Source: Desulfobacterales bacterium
GTDB taxonomy: Bacteria > Desulfobacterota > Desulfobacteria > Desulfobacterales > UBA2174
Reading direction: 5' to 3'
DNA length: 64,000 nt
Assembly: GCA_963668645.2 (NCBI GenBank)
Contig: CAXXWC010000003.1
Location: 32,001-96,000 of the forward strand
The position numbers and the translations under genes are program-made. Below, one piece after another: positions 38,357 to 47,992 of the stretch. Numbering within the stretch: position 1 is the stretch's first letter; every line of letters begins with the position of its first letter. The notes under the pieces were generated by a model, which worked only from the letters and a program-made list of their open reading frames with translations, was not told where the DNA came from and made no database searches.

Positions 38357-38557
38357 TTGAACACCTCCCGGGTATGGTATTTTCCCTCTTCGGCCCTTGG
38401 GGTTCTCCGGGCATCCGTTAAATAAGGCATCAAGTTTGAAAGCCGCCCCAGGAACACCTTAAAAGAAAAGTACGATAAACGAAAGGCCAAGGTGGTGTCA
38501 ATCCATATTTAAATGTACCCTAAGGGTGTGCCGAGGACCGGATCAGGGCAAACAAAA

Positions 38558-38604
38558 ACCCAGTGTATGGGGGTAAATTTCAATTGACATACTAGATGTA
38601 GTGT
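38558..38604 (+). promoter_or_regulatory. Tandem NrdR boxes overlapping a TTGACA -35 element
   Basis: ATACTAGATGTAGTGT (38589-38604) is close to the NrdR consensus ACACWATATATWGTGT; weaker ACCCAGTGTATGGGGG starts 31 bp upstream; TTGACA at 38584-38589. Confidence 0.7.
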
Positions 38605-38690
38605 GGCGTACTGGTTTATCCGTTTTGGACCGGATCCGTTTGATCCCGTTGTGCAACACTGCTGCCCGCCCCGGTGATGGGAGTACCGCC

Positions 38691-40994
38691 ATGTCTGAAC
38701 ACGCAACTGATCAACCCGTTGAATCCCGTCAACCTTCCGATCATCCCCGAAAATTGCCGCATCCTTCTGAAAAGCCGCATTCTGCGGAACAGGAGATGGA
38801 ATTGTCGGCAAACGCCAAGGCGGTGCTGATCCGCCGCTACCTGCGTAAAGACGACGAGAACCAGCCCCTGGAAACTCCGGCTGACATGTTCCGCAGGGTG
38901 GCACGGCATATCGCCCAGGCCGAAATCCCTTTCGGTGGAGAGGCGGCTGCACACCGGATGGAAGAGCGGTTTTACGCGCTGATGACCGAACTGAAGTTTC
39001 TGCCCAACTCGCCAACCCTGATGAACGCCGGCCGCCGCTTGGGCCAGTTGGCGGCCTGCTTCGTCCTACCGGTTGAAGACAGCCTCGATGGGATCTTTGA
39101 AACCCTCAGACATGCGGCCATCATTCACAAGACCGGCGGCGGAACCGGCTTTTCCTTTTCGCGCCTGCGGCCGAAAAACAGCAAGGTCGGCACCACCGGC
39201 GGGATCGCCTCGGGGCCGGTTTCGTTCATGAAAATCTTCAACACGGCCACCGAACAGGTCAAGCAGGGCGGAACCCGGCGGGGGGCCAACATGGCCATCC
39301 TGAGCGTCGATCACCCGGATATCATGGAGTTCATCCACTGCAAGCGCGACAACGGGTCCTTGAACAATTTCAACATCTCCGTGGCGGTAAGCGACGCTTT
39401 CATGGCCGCCGTGCAAAACGACACCCCTTACGATCTGATCGATCCGCGCGACGGGCAGCCCAAAGGAGAGCTTCGGGCTGCGGAAGTCTATGCGGCTCTG
39501 GTGAACCAGGCCTGGGAAAACGGCGATCCGGGGGTCGTTTTCATCGACCGCATCAACCGTGACAACCCGACTCCCGAACTCGGCGTTATCGAAAGCACCA
39601 ACCCCTGCGGTGAGCAGCCCCTGCTGCCCATGGAAGCCTGCAATCTCGGGTCGATCAACCTGACCCGCTTCGTTATCAACACCGATCAGGGGCCGGCCAT
39701 CGATTATCCAGCCCTGGGGGAGACCACCCGCCTGGCGGTCCGTTTTCTCGACGATACCATCGACATGTCACGCTACCCGCTGGCCGAAATCGAACGCACG
39801 GTCAAGGGCAATCGCAAGATCGGCCTGGGGGTCATGGGTTTTGCCGACCTGCTCTTCATGCTCAAAATCCCCTATCACAGCAAGGAAGCGCTTGACTGCG
39901 CCGAGACCGTAATGCATTTCATCCAGGAAACATCCCGGGAGGCCTCACGCGAACTGGCCGCCCAACGCGGCGTCTTTCCCAACTACGACCGCAGCATCTT
40001 CAAGGACCGGCCTGAATGCGCCTTTCGCAACGCCGCCACCACCACCATCGCTCCCACCGGCACCTTGAGCATCATCGCCAACTGCTCCAGTGGGATCGAA
40101 CCCCTTTTTGCGTTGAGCTTCGTGCGCCGGGTGATGGACGACGACCGGCTGCTGGAAGTCAATCCGCATTTCGAAGCCGAAGCCCGCAAATTCGGATTCT
40201 ACAGCCCGGAGCTGATGCAGCAGGTGGCCCGGGCCGGGAGTATCGCCGATTTGGCTGAAATTCCCGAGACGGTGCGCCGGGTCTTTGTCACGGCCCACGA
40301 CATCCCGCCCGAATGGCACGTACGCATGCAGGCCGCCTTCCAAAAACACACCGACAACGCCGTCTCCAAGACTGTCAACCTGCCCCGGGAAGCCACGGCG
40401 GACACGGTACGTCAGGTCTACGATCTCGCCTTTTCCCTGGGCTGCAAAGGGGTGACCATTTACCGCGACGGCAGCAAACAAAACCAGGTGCTTTCCCTGG
40501 CCCCGGTGGCCCGACAAAGCTCCGGATTTTTTGCCCTGGTCAAAAGCCGTCCCGAGACCCTGGAAGGCTTTACCACCAAGATGGCCACCGGCCTGGGCCA
40601 GCTCTATGTCACGGTGACCGAAAGCAACGGCCGTCCCTTCGAGGTCTTCGCCACCATCGGCAAGTCCGGCCGCAGCACCACGGCCAAGACCGAAGCCATC
40701 GGCCGGCTGGTGTCTCTGGCGCTGCGCTCGGGGGTAACGGTGGACAAGGTAGTGGATCAGCTCAAGGGAATCGGCGGCGAGCATCCCATCTTCCAGGAGG
40801 GGGGGCTGGTGCTCTCGATCCCGGACGCCATTGCCCGGGTACTGGAAAAGCGATATCTTACCGACCGGCGCATCCGCAGGCCCAACGGTACACCATCCCT
40901 CATGGGGGAAACCTGTCCGGATTGCGGCCAGACCATCAGTTTCGAGGAAGGATGCATGACCTGCCACTTCTGCGGTTTTTCCAAGTGCGGCTGA
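38691..40994 (+). CDS. nrdJ: Adenosylcobalamin-dependent (class II) ribonucleotide reductase with TSCPD/Zn-ribbon tail
   Basis: FLPNSPTLMNAG, QLAACFV, QGGTRRGANM, TNPCGEQPL, ACNLGSINL, TIAPTGT, KGVTIYRDGS; C-terminal CPDCG...C..C.FCGFSKCG. Confidence 0.95.
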   Translation: MSEHATDQPVESRQPSDHPRKLPHPSEKPHSAEQEMELSANAKAVLIRRYLRKDDENQPLETPADMFRRVARHIAQAEIPFGGEAAAHRMEERFYALMTELKFLPNSPTLMNAGRRLGQLAACFVLPVEDSLDGIFETLRHAAIIHKTGGGTGFSFSRLRPKNSKVGTTGGIASGPVSFMKIFNTATEQVKQGGTRRGANMAILSVDHPDIMEFIHCKRDNGSLNNFNISVAVSDAFMAAVQNDTPYDLIDPRDGQPKGELRAAEVYAALVNQAWENGDPGVVFIDRINRDNPTPELGVIESTNPCGEQPLLPMEACNLGSINLTRFVINTDQGPAIDYPALGETTRLAVRFLDDTIDMSRYPLAEIERTVKGNRKIGLGVMGFADLLFMLKIPYHSKEALDCAETVMHFIQETSREASRELAAQRGVFPNYDRSIFKDRPECAFRNAATTTIAPTGTLSIIANCSSGIEPLFALSFVRRVMDDDRLLEVNPHFEAEARKFGFYSPELMQQVARAGSIADLAEIPETVRRVFVTAHDIPPEWHVRMQAAFQKHTDNAVSKTVNLPREATADTVRQVYDLAFSLGCKGVTIYRDGSKQNQVLSLAPVARQSSGFFALVKSRPETLEGFTTKMATGLGQLYVTVTESNGRPFEVFATIGKSGRSTTAKTEAIGRLVSLALRSGVTVDKVVDQLKGIGGEHPIFQEGGLVLSIPDAIARVLEKRYLTDRRIRRPNGTPSLMGETCPDCGQTISFEEGCMTCHFCGFSKCG

Positions 40995-41007
40995 CCTGAG
41001 GCGATCC

Positions 41008-42885
41008 GTGGGATCCGACGCTTCATTATGGGCCGACGCCTACCGCCGCAAGATTGACACCGCCACCGGCGCCATCGCCCGCATCCGTCCGGGCCAGCGG
41101 GTCTTTATCGGCGCTTGCTGCGGCGAACCCCAGCACCTGGTCCAGGCCCTGTCCCAAAAAGCCAGGGGGCTCTCGGACATCGAAGTCGTACGCCTGCTCT
41201 CCCTGGAGCGGACCTCCCTGGCCCAGATCGCCGACGAAACGGACGACCGCAGCCTGAATATCCGTTCCTTTTACAGCGGATCGGCAATTCCCAAACGCAT
41301 CGCCCAGGCCATGCGCCATATCACCCCGCTCAACCTGGCCGACATCCCTCGCCTCTTTGCCGCCGGCAGGCTGCAGATCCAGGTGGCCCTGATCCAGGTC
41401 GGCCCGCCGGACGATTTCGGCTGGATGAGCCTGGGCGTATCGGTGGACATCACCCGCGCCGCCGCCCTGAGCGCGGGCCTGGTGATTGCCCAGGTCAACA
41501 CCCGGATGCCCCGGGTTCTGGGCAACAGCTTCATCCACGTCAACGACGTGGATCTTGTCGTGGAGCACGACGAACCCCTGATGACGCTGGCCGCCCCGCC
41601 GATCAGCACCGCAGCGCGCACCATCGCGCAGCACGTCGCGCGCCTGGTGGATGACGGGGCCACCATCCAGACCGGTCCGGGAGAAATTCATCATGCCGTT
41701 CTCGATGCCTTGGCAGCCAAAAACGACCTGGGGGTACACAGCCAATATCTGACCGACGCGGTGATGCACCTGGTGGCCCGGGGCGTGATCAACAACCGCT
41801 GCAAGGGCATCAACGAGGGCAAACTGGTGGCCAGCAGCGCCATCGGTTCAGATACTTTTTATGAATTTCTCGACGACAATCCGGCGGTGGAGTTTCACCC
41901 TTCGGACTATGTCAACGCCCAGCAGGTGATTGCGGCCCACCCGCGCATGGTGTCGATGAACGTTGCCATGGTGATGGACCTGACCGGCCAGGTGGCCAGC
42001 GATGCCCTGGCCCACAGCCGCTATGCGGGCGTCAACGGAATGCTCGATTTCGTGCGCGGCGCGGCCCAGGCCCGGGAGGGCAAGTCGATCCTGATGGTCA
42101 CCGCCGCCTCATCCGACGGCACCCAGAGCCGCATCGTGCCGCTGCTCCACGACACGGCCGTCGTCGTGCCGCGCACCGACGTTCACTATGTGGTCAGCGA
42201 GTACGGTGCGGTCAACCTCCACGGCAAGAGTATCCAGGAGCGGGCCATGGCCATGATCAGCATCGCCCACCCGGATTTCCGCGAAGCCCTTTTCAAGGCG
42301 GCCAAGGAAAAAGGATTTCTGGGCCGGGAGCGCAAACTGAGCGAATCGATCACCGGCATCTACCCCTTGCACCTGGAAGATTCCCTGGAGATCGAGGGCG
42401 TTCCGGTGACGCTGCGGCCGGCCAAGCCTGTAGACCTGCGCCGCATCCAGGAGCATTACTACGGGCTGGACAACGCGGACATCTACTCGCGCTTCATGCA
42501 TGCCCGATCCCATTTTTCCCGCGAGGAAATCGAGGGCAAGGCCCAGATCGACTACGTGCACAACCTGACCATGCTCGTGCTGGTGGGCGAGTTCGGTTTC
42601 GGCCAGGTGGTCGGTCTGGGGGAATACCTCTGCGGCCCGGGGAGCAACATCGCCGAGATCGCCTTTTCGGTAAGCCGTCCCTGGCAGGGCAAGGGTCTGG
42701 GCAAACGCATGCTGGCCAAGCTGGCCCAGGCGGCGCGGGAAAACGGCATCGACGGGATGACCGCCTATACCATGCCGGAAAACCGGCGCATGATCGAGCT
42801 TTTCAAGAATCTGCCGTACAAAGTCCAAACCCGCTTCGAAGACGGCGAGGTAGTGTTGTCCTGCCGCTTCGACGCCCCGGCCTGA
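41008..42885 (+). CDS. Acetyl-CoA hydrolase/CoA-transferase fused to C-terminal GNAT domain
   Basis: IRPGQRVFIG, MSLGVSVD, DLTGQV, DFVRGA, SRIVP, VVSEYG; GNAT AEIAFSV...WQGKGLG. Confidence 0.9.
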   Translation: MGSDASLWADAYRRKIDTATGAIARIRPGQRVFIGACCGEPQHLVQALSQKARGLSDIEVVRLLSLERTSLAQIADETDDRSLNIRSFYSGSAIPKRIAQAMRHITPLNLADIPRLFAAGRLQIQVALIQVGPPDDFGWMSLGVSVDITRAAALSAGLVIAQVNTRMPRVLGNSFIHVNDVDLVVEHDEPLMTLAAPPISTAARTIAQHVARLVDDGATIQTGPGEIHHAVLDALAAKNDLGVHSQYLTDAVMHLVARGVINNRCKGINEGKLVASSAIGSDTFYEFLDDNPAVEFHPSDYVNAQQVIAAHPRMVSMNVAMVMDLTGQVASDALAHSRYAGVNGMLDFVRGAAQAREGKSILMVTAASSDGTQSRIVPLLHDTAVVVPRTDVHYVVSEYGAVNLHGKSIQERAMAMISIAHPDFREALFKAAKEKGFLGRERKLSESITGIYPLHLEDSLEIEGVPVTLRPAKPVDLRRIQEHYYGLDNADIYSRFMHARSHFSREEIEGKAQIDYVHNLTMLVLVGEFGFGQVVGLGEYLCGPGSNIAEIAFSVSRPWQGKGLGKRMLAKLAQAARENGIDGMTAYTMPENRRMIELFKNLPYKVQTRFEDGEVVLSCRFDAPA

Positions 42886-42904
42886 GGCGGCAGGAGGATT
42901 TTAG

Positions 42905-43402
42905 ATGTTCAGTCTCAGTGAAATCATCGATATCGCCATCCGATTCGAAAAAAACGCCGTCGCGGTCTACCGCCAGGCCATTTGCCAGGTCGACCATCCC
43001 GAAATGCGGGTCCTCCTCGAATGGATGCTGGCCGAAGAAGAAGAGCACTGCGCCTGGTTCGAGGCGCTGCGCCACAAGGTGACCGGCCCTTCTCCGAGTC
43101 CGCTTCTGCAGGCCGCCAACCGGGAAATGATCGCCGGGATGATCGGGGCCCAAAGTTTTTCCCTCAAACAGGTCGACTTCGCTTCCCTGACCGGGCTCGG
43201 AGACCTCATCGACGTGATGGTGGAATTCGAAAAGGACACGATTCTCTTTTACGATTTGCTCGCATCGTTTATCCCCGAGCCTGAAACGCGCGCCCAGCTT
43301 CAACAGATAGTGGACGAGGAAAAGACCCATATTACCCGCCTGGAGGCCCAGCGGCCGGCATCGAAAAGCGTCCGGAAGTCGCACTTCCAATCCCAAGAGT
43401 AA
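42905..43402 (+). CDS. Ferritin/rubrerythrin-like di-iron protein
   Basis: AIRFEKNA..VY...EEEEH and EKDTILFY...EEKTH ExxH motifs. Confidence 0.85.
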   Translation: MFSLSEIIDIAIRFEKNAVAVYRQAICQVDHPEMRVLLEWMLAEEEEHCAWFEALRHKVTGPSPSPLLQAANREMIAGMIGAQSFSLKQVDFASLTGLGDLIDVMVEFEKDTILFYDLLASFIPEPETRAQLQQIVDEEKTHITRLEAQRPASKSVRKSHFQSQE

Positions 43403-43664
43403 CAGTCCCCTCCTCCCCTGCCCCGACCGAATCCCACATAAACACCTGAGATATCAGAATATCAGCCTTTACCGGGACGGCTCCGCCCATCTTTCAAGGC
43501 GGAACCGCCGATTCCGCGGATAAATTCGCAGACGGCCGGGCATGGTGCCGCAAAAACCGTTAATCCTTTAAATTCTACAGGTTGAATAGAATGGCACGGC
43601 TTTTGATAAACCAAGCCGGCTGCCAATGGCAGGACCGATACCGACAACCGATTCAAGGTTCACG

Positions 43665-44264
43665 ATGATTACCGCACTGATCGACGAGATTCAGACCCTC
43701 TATGGAGAGATCGACCGCCAGGTGGCCACCTTTCAACTCGCCAGCGGTCTGCGCTGCCGCAACGGCTGCGGCCAATGTTGTCCGGGGGCTCCGGTACAGG
43801 CCACGGTAGTGGAGATGCTCCCGGCCGCCGCGGCCCTGGTCCGGGCCGACCTGGCCGGCCGGTGGCTCGAAAGACTGGCCGCGGCCCCCGATACCTGCGT
43901 CGGGTACTCCATCGCGGCGGTGTCCGAACAGGGAGGGCACTGCCTTCTTTATGCCTATCGTCCCTCTGTCTGCCGGCTCTTCGGATTCGCCGCAAGGCGC
44001 AGCCGGTTGGGGCAGTTGGAGCTGTCGGTCTGCCGGACGATCAGGGAAGATCTGCCCGAAGCGGTGAACCGTGCCGCCGCTCTGCTGGCCGAGGGTTGGC
44101 TGAGCCCCTCCCTCACGGCGCACCAGGCCCGGATCTTCGGTCTCGACCCGGGTGGGCGCCTGATGCCGATCAACCAGGCCTTGGGCATCGCCCTGCAACG
44201 CTGTGGCCTGGCCGCGACCCTGGACAGGCTGCCGGCCCCGGCGGATCTGCCCCGGGCCGGATGA
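43665..44264 (+). CDS. YkgJ-family Cys-cluster (zinc/iron-chelating) protein
   Basis: CRNGCGQCC and C.LYAYRPSVCRLFG. Confidence 0.85.
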   Translation: MITALIDEIQTLYGEIDRQVATFQLASGLRCRNGCGQCCPGAPVQATVVEMLPAAAALVRADLAGRWLERLAAAPDTCVGYSIAAVSEQGGHCLLYAYRPSVCRLFGFAARRSRLGQLELSVCRTIREDLPEAVNRAAALLAEGWLSPSLTAHQARIFGLDPGGRLMPINQALGIALQRCGLAATLDRLPAPADLPRAG

Positions 44265-44378
44265 GGCCGATCTGAGTTTTTACAGACTGATTTGATTACA
44301 GGAAAACGGCAGGGGCGTGGCGTTGTCTGGGGGCCGGATTGCGGCCGCACCGGAATGCTTGCCTGAACCCCAGAACCG

Positions 44379-45332
44379 TCAATACGGCGGCCCGCAAAGG
44401 GGCGTCTGCCCTCGGACGGCGGGTGTTTCCGCGGCCCGGTAGGCACGCGCGACAAGATCGGGGCGGACCGACCGGAAAAGACCGCTGCTCGTGCCGAAGA
44501 TGAAACCGCAACCATCTCCGGCGGCCGCAACCACCTCTTTCACCTTGGCCTCGACTGCACCCGGCTCCAGATTTTCAGTCACAAAGACCGGATCGAGGTT
44601 GCCCCATAGGCAGAGCCGGGGCCCGTGATCCTGCCTGACCCGCGCCAAGTCCATACCGGCGGCCTCCTCGATGCATTGGAGCCCGTCGAACCCGGCGGCC
44701 ACGACATCCCCAAGGGCCTGGTTGAGGTTGCCGTCCGAATGGAAAAAGGCACGCAAGCCGAAGGCGTGGAAGCGCTGCACCTGCCGCGCGATGGCAGGGA
44801 AAAAATCGCGGCGCAGCATCTGCGGCGAAATGATCAGTCCGTTATTGTAGGCGATGTCGTCGGCCAGCACCACCCCGGCCGCTCCGCGGGCGGCCACCCT
44901 CTGCGCGAGAGTGGTGTTGAGGGCCTCGACCTGCCGGTTGAGCGTGGCGATGGCCGGATCCTTCTTGGCCACCTTGAGCACGAACTGCTCAAACCCCCAG
45001 CATCGCACCCCCCAGCCAAAGGCGCCATCGACGAGGACAAAGACGAAAAAATCGGTCTCCCGGCTCCAGCGATCGATATCGGCAAAACCGACCTGGTCCG
45101 CATCGGGCAACCGGTCGAACCGGCACGGTTCCGGGTATTGGGCCGCAAGGCAGATCAGGTCCATCCCCAGGTCCTCGGCAAACTGCCGGCGGTGGTGATG
45201 TTCTGTAACATCGATACCAAGCCATGCGCCAACGACCCGATCGTCGATGCACAGTTCCCCCTTGGGCACCCGGTCCAGCGGCTGGTGATCGATGGCCCGC
45301 AGGACCCGTCCTTTGCGACTGAGATGATTCAT
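44379..45332 (-). CDS. Uroporphyrinogen decarboxylase / methylcobamide methyltransferase (MtaA/CmuA) family protein
   Basis: LADDIAYNNGLIISP, FFHSDGN, CLWGNLD, FIFGTS. Confidence 0.8.
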   Translation of the reverse strand: MNHLSRKGRVLRAIDHQPLDRVPKGELCIDDRVVGAWLGIDVTEHHHRRQFAEDLGMDLICLAAQYPEPCRFDRLPDADQVGFADIDRWSRETDFFVFVLVDGAFGWGVRCWGFEQFVLKVAKKDPAIATLNRQVEALNTTLAQRVAARGAAGVVLADDIAYNNGLIISPQMLRRDFFPAIARQVQRFHAFGLRAFFHSDGNLNQALGDVVAAGFDGLQCIEEAAGMDLARVRQDHGPRLCLWGNLDPVFVTENLEPGAVEAKVKEVVAAAGDGCGFIFGTSSGLFRSVRPDLVARAYRAAETPAVRGQTPLCGPPY

Positions 45333-45348
45333 CCGCTTGCCTGAACTT

Positions 45349-46485
45349 CTATCGATTAACCGGCAAAAAGATATCGGTCCCGCCGGCCACGCGGCCGATC
45401 AGATCCTGGTAAATGCGCGCCGCTTGACAAACCTGATCGAAAGAAACGGCCTCGTCGGCCGTGTGGGCCGCCTCGAGTTGACCGGGGCCCAGCACGATGG
45501 GACGCATACCTGCGCCCCAGAGCCGATTGGCATCCGAGTGGCTGATGAAGGCCCCGGGGTGCCAGGCCAGCCCCTGCCGGGCATAGACCGATTGCAAAGA
45601 CTCCACCAGCGGGCCCTTGGCCGGCAGACTGTAGCCGGCGTCAATGGTTGCCGTGCGAAAACGCACCTCAACCGTCTCTGCTCCGGTGCCGGTGCAGTCG
45701 GCGCAGACCGCTTCGAGTTCGGCCAGCAGTTCCCCCACCGGCGCCGCCGGCGGCAGGTGCAGATCGAACCAGGCCTCGCATTGCTCCGCCACGGCGAACC
45801 CGGCCCGGGTGCTGAAAAGATCGCGAATGTTGTAGGTCACTTCGGGGTGAACCGCGGCCATGTGTTGGGTCAGTGCCAGCATGCGCTGCAAAAGCACCTC
45901 CACCGCCCCGGGATCGCGGCCGGCCAGCGAGGCGTGGCGCCGCGGACCGCGGCTGGTCAGCTGAACCTCGACGTACCCGTAGCACTCCAGGCAGGGCACC
46001 AGATCGGTGGGTTCGCCCACCACGGCCCAGGGAAAATGGAAACTCTTGACCAGCCGTTCGGCTCCGTCCCCGGTTTCTTCCTCTCCCACCACGAGGCAGA
46101 GGGCCACCGGGGCCCGGGCTCCGGCCCCCTTTTCCCACAGCCCCAGAAAGGCTTCCACCATGGCGGCGCAGCCGCCCTTCATATCCGCGGCTCCCAGGCC
46201 CTGGATCCGGTCTCCTTGCTGGCTGACGCCGAAGCGCTCCAGGTCGTAGGCCGTGACCGTGTCCAGATGGCCGACCAGGGCCAACTGGACTTCGGCGTCC
46301 GGGGGCAGGACGAGCAGGTTGTAGCGGTATTCGTCGACGGCCTGGACCGTGACCGGTAGCCCTCGCCGGCGCAGATCCGCGCGCACGAATTCGAGCACCT
46401 CGCGCTCCTTGCCCGAGGGGCTGTAAATATCGATCAGGCGGTAGAGGAAGCGATGCAGCCGCTCGGTCTGGATCGAATCACCCAT
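45349..46485 (-). CDS. M20-family peptidase/deacetylase (ArgE/DapE-like)
   Basis: SPSGKE, GHLDTV, GLGAADMKGG, GEE.TGDGA, VGEPT, SDAN, GPG...AHT.DE. Confidence 0.9.
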   Translation of the reverse strand: MGDSIQTERLHRFLYRLIDIYSPSGKEREVLEFVRADLRRRGLPVTVQAVDEYRYNLLVLPPDAEVQLALVGHLDTVTAYDLERFGVSQQGDRIQGLGAADMKGGCAAMVEAFLGLWEKGAGARAPVALCLVVGEEETGDGAERLVKSFHFPWAVVGEPTDLVPCLECYGYVEVQLTSRGPRRHASLAGRDPGAVEVLLQRMLALTQHMAAVHPEVTYNIRDLFSTRAGFAVAEQCEAWFDLHLPPAAPVGELLAELEAVCADCTGTGAETVEVRFRTATIDAGYSLPAKGPLVESLQSVYARQGLAWHPGAFISHSDANRLWGAGMRPIVLGPGQLEAAHTADEAVSFDQVCQAARIYQDLIGRVAGGTDIFLPVNR

Positions 46486-46491
46486 GACGCG

Positions 46492-47019
46492 TCATTTGCC
46501 GCCGTTTTTCTTTTTCTGGCGCCGCTGCCGTTCGGCGACCAGGTTCATGGTCAGATAGGTGTGCTGCTGCGGATGACCGAAACCCATCTTGCGGAAAAAA
46601 CTCAGGGCGGGTCTATAGCCGGCCTGGGTGTCGGCCATGAGCATGCGCGCCCCGTTTTCCAGAGCCAGTTCCTTGAAGCGCCGGAACAGTTTTTCGGCCA
46701 CGCCCTGCTTTTGGTATTCAGGGGCCACCCCCAGCCAGATGAGGTAACCGTATTTCCAGGCCGAATGGGTCTTGGCGATCAGATCGCCCAGGGCAAAGCC
46801 CGCGATATGGCCCCCGCTCTCGGCGACCAAACAAAAGTCGCCGCTGCTCTGGAAAAGCCCCACCACCTCGTACGATTCCCAAGTCCTATAAAGGTTGGGC
46901 GTCTCTTCGGCCTTGAAGAGCGACTCGCCCAGATGAAACACCGGGGCCAGGTCGTCGATATCCATCTCCCGGATCTTGATCGTGCCGTTTTTCTCGGACG
47001 GCTTGCCTTGACTGTCCAA
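46492..47019 (-). CDS. GNAT-family N-acetyltransferase
   Basis: LGVAPEYQKQGVA acetyl-CoA motif; ALSFFRKMGF. Confidence 0.88.
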   Translation of the reverse strand: MDSQGKPSEKNGTIKIREMDIDDLAPVFHLGESLFKAEETPNLYRTWESYEVVGLFQSSGDFCLVAESGGHIAGFALGDLIAKTHSAWKYGYLIWLGVAPEYQKQGVAEKLFRRFKELALENGARMLMADTQAGYRPALSFFRKMGFGHPQQHTYLTMNLVAERQRRQKKKNGGK

Positions 47020-47397
47020 AAATCACCTTTTCAGTTACAGATTAACTCCATCATCGCCTCCCGCTGCATCCTGCGAGAAATTGTGCCCAGATATTAAGCG
47101 TCCTTGATGGTCCTTTCAAGGGCCAACCGCCGTCTTCGCCAAAACGACCGCTCCCGGGATCCGGCGCAGCGCGCAGCGTCAAGGGCCCGGAAACGAAGCC
47201 CTGGACGATGAGGCCGAACTTTTCCGCATCGAAGAACGCAACGCCGAATCGCGTCCCGATTATCGATATCGAACCCGACTCCGGCAAGCCGGGGTGATAA
47301 TAGCGAAAGAGCTATCACGCCCTCCACGACTGTGATAGAAGCTTGCACCGCCAACGGAGACTCAACCTTGCCAAAAATATGAAGGGGGCGGTTGAAA

Positions 47398-47958
47398 ATG
47401 GACCCGTCGACTCTGATGCTCGGACTGCTGATCTTCGTATCCCGTGTGGTGGATGTCTCGCTGGGGACCATCCGCACCATCTCCATTGTTCAGGGCAAGA
47501 CCCTGGTGGCCTTCGTCCTGGGCTTCATGGAGGTGTTCATCTGGATCAGCATCGTGAGCGCCGTGGTCAACCGCGTCGCTCAAACCCCGATCCTGGTGCT
47601 CTTTTATGCCCTGGGATTCGCCACGGGCAACGTGGTGGGCATCGAAGTGGAAAAACGGCTCGGCTTCGGTGCGATTATCCTGCGGGTGATGTCCCGTCCC
47701 AAGGGGATTCAGATCGCGGCCAGGCTGCGCAGCCTGGGGCAACCGGTCACAGTCTTCAAGGGTGAAGGGATGCACGGGGAACTTCCCCATCTCTATGTGG
47801 CTTGCCGCCGGCGCGACCTGCGCTGGATCCTGCCCATCGTCAAGGAAGAGGATCCCGATGCCTTTTACATCACCGAGCAAGCCCGGGACGTGAGCAAGAT
47901 CCTCAGGCCCTTTGCCTCTCCGGTGACCGGGTGGCGCTCGCGGTTCGGCGGCAAGTAG
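47398..47958 (+). CDS. DUF2179/DUF5698 (UPF0316-like) membrane protein
   Basis: IFVSRVVDVSLGTIR, GF.EVFIW, YALGFATGN, DPDAFY. Confidence 0.82.
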   Translation: MDPSTLMLGLLIFVSRVVDVSLGTIRTISIVQGKTLVAFVLGFMEVFIWISIVSAVVNRVAQTPILVLFYALGFATGNVVGIEVEKRLGFGAIILRVMSRPKGIQIAARLRSLGQPVTVFKGEGMHGELPHLYVACRRRDLRWILPIVKEEDPDAFYITEQARDVSKILRPFASPVTGWRSRFGGK

Positions 47959-47992
47959 CACTAACGGCTGGCGCCATTTGAAATTTCAATTC

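Noticed and set aside
43592..43607. Sigma54 promoter TGGCACGGCTTTTGAT
   Set aside because: Good -24 element, but the -12 reads TTGA rather than TTGC; not enough support.
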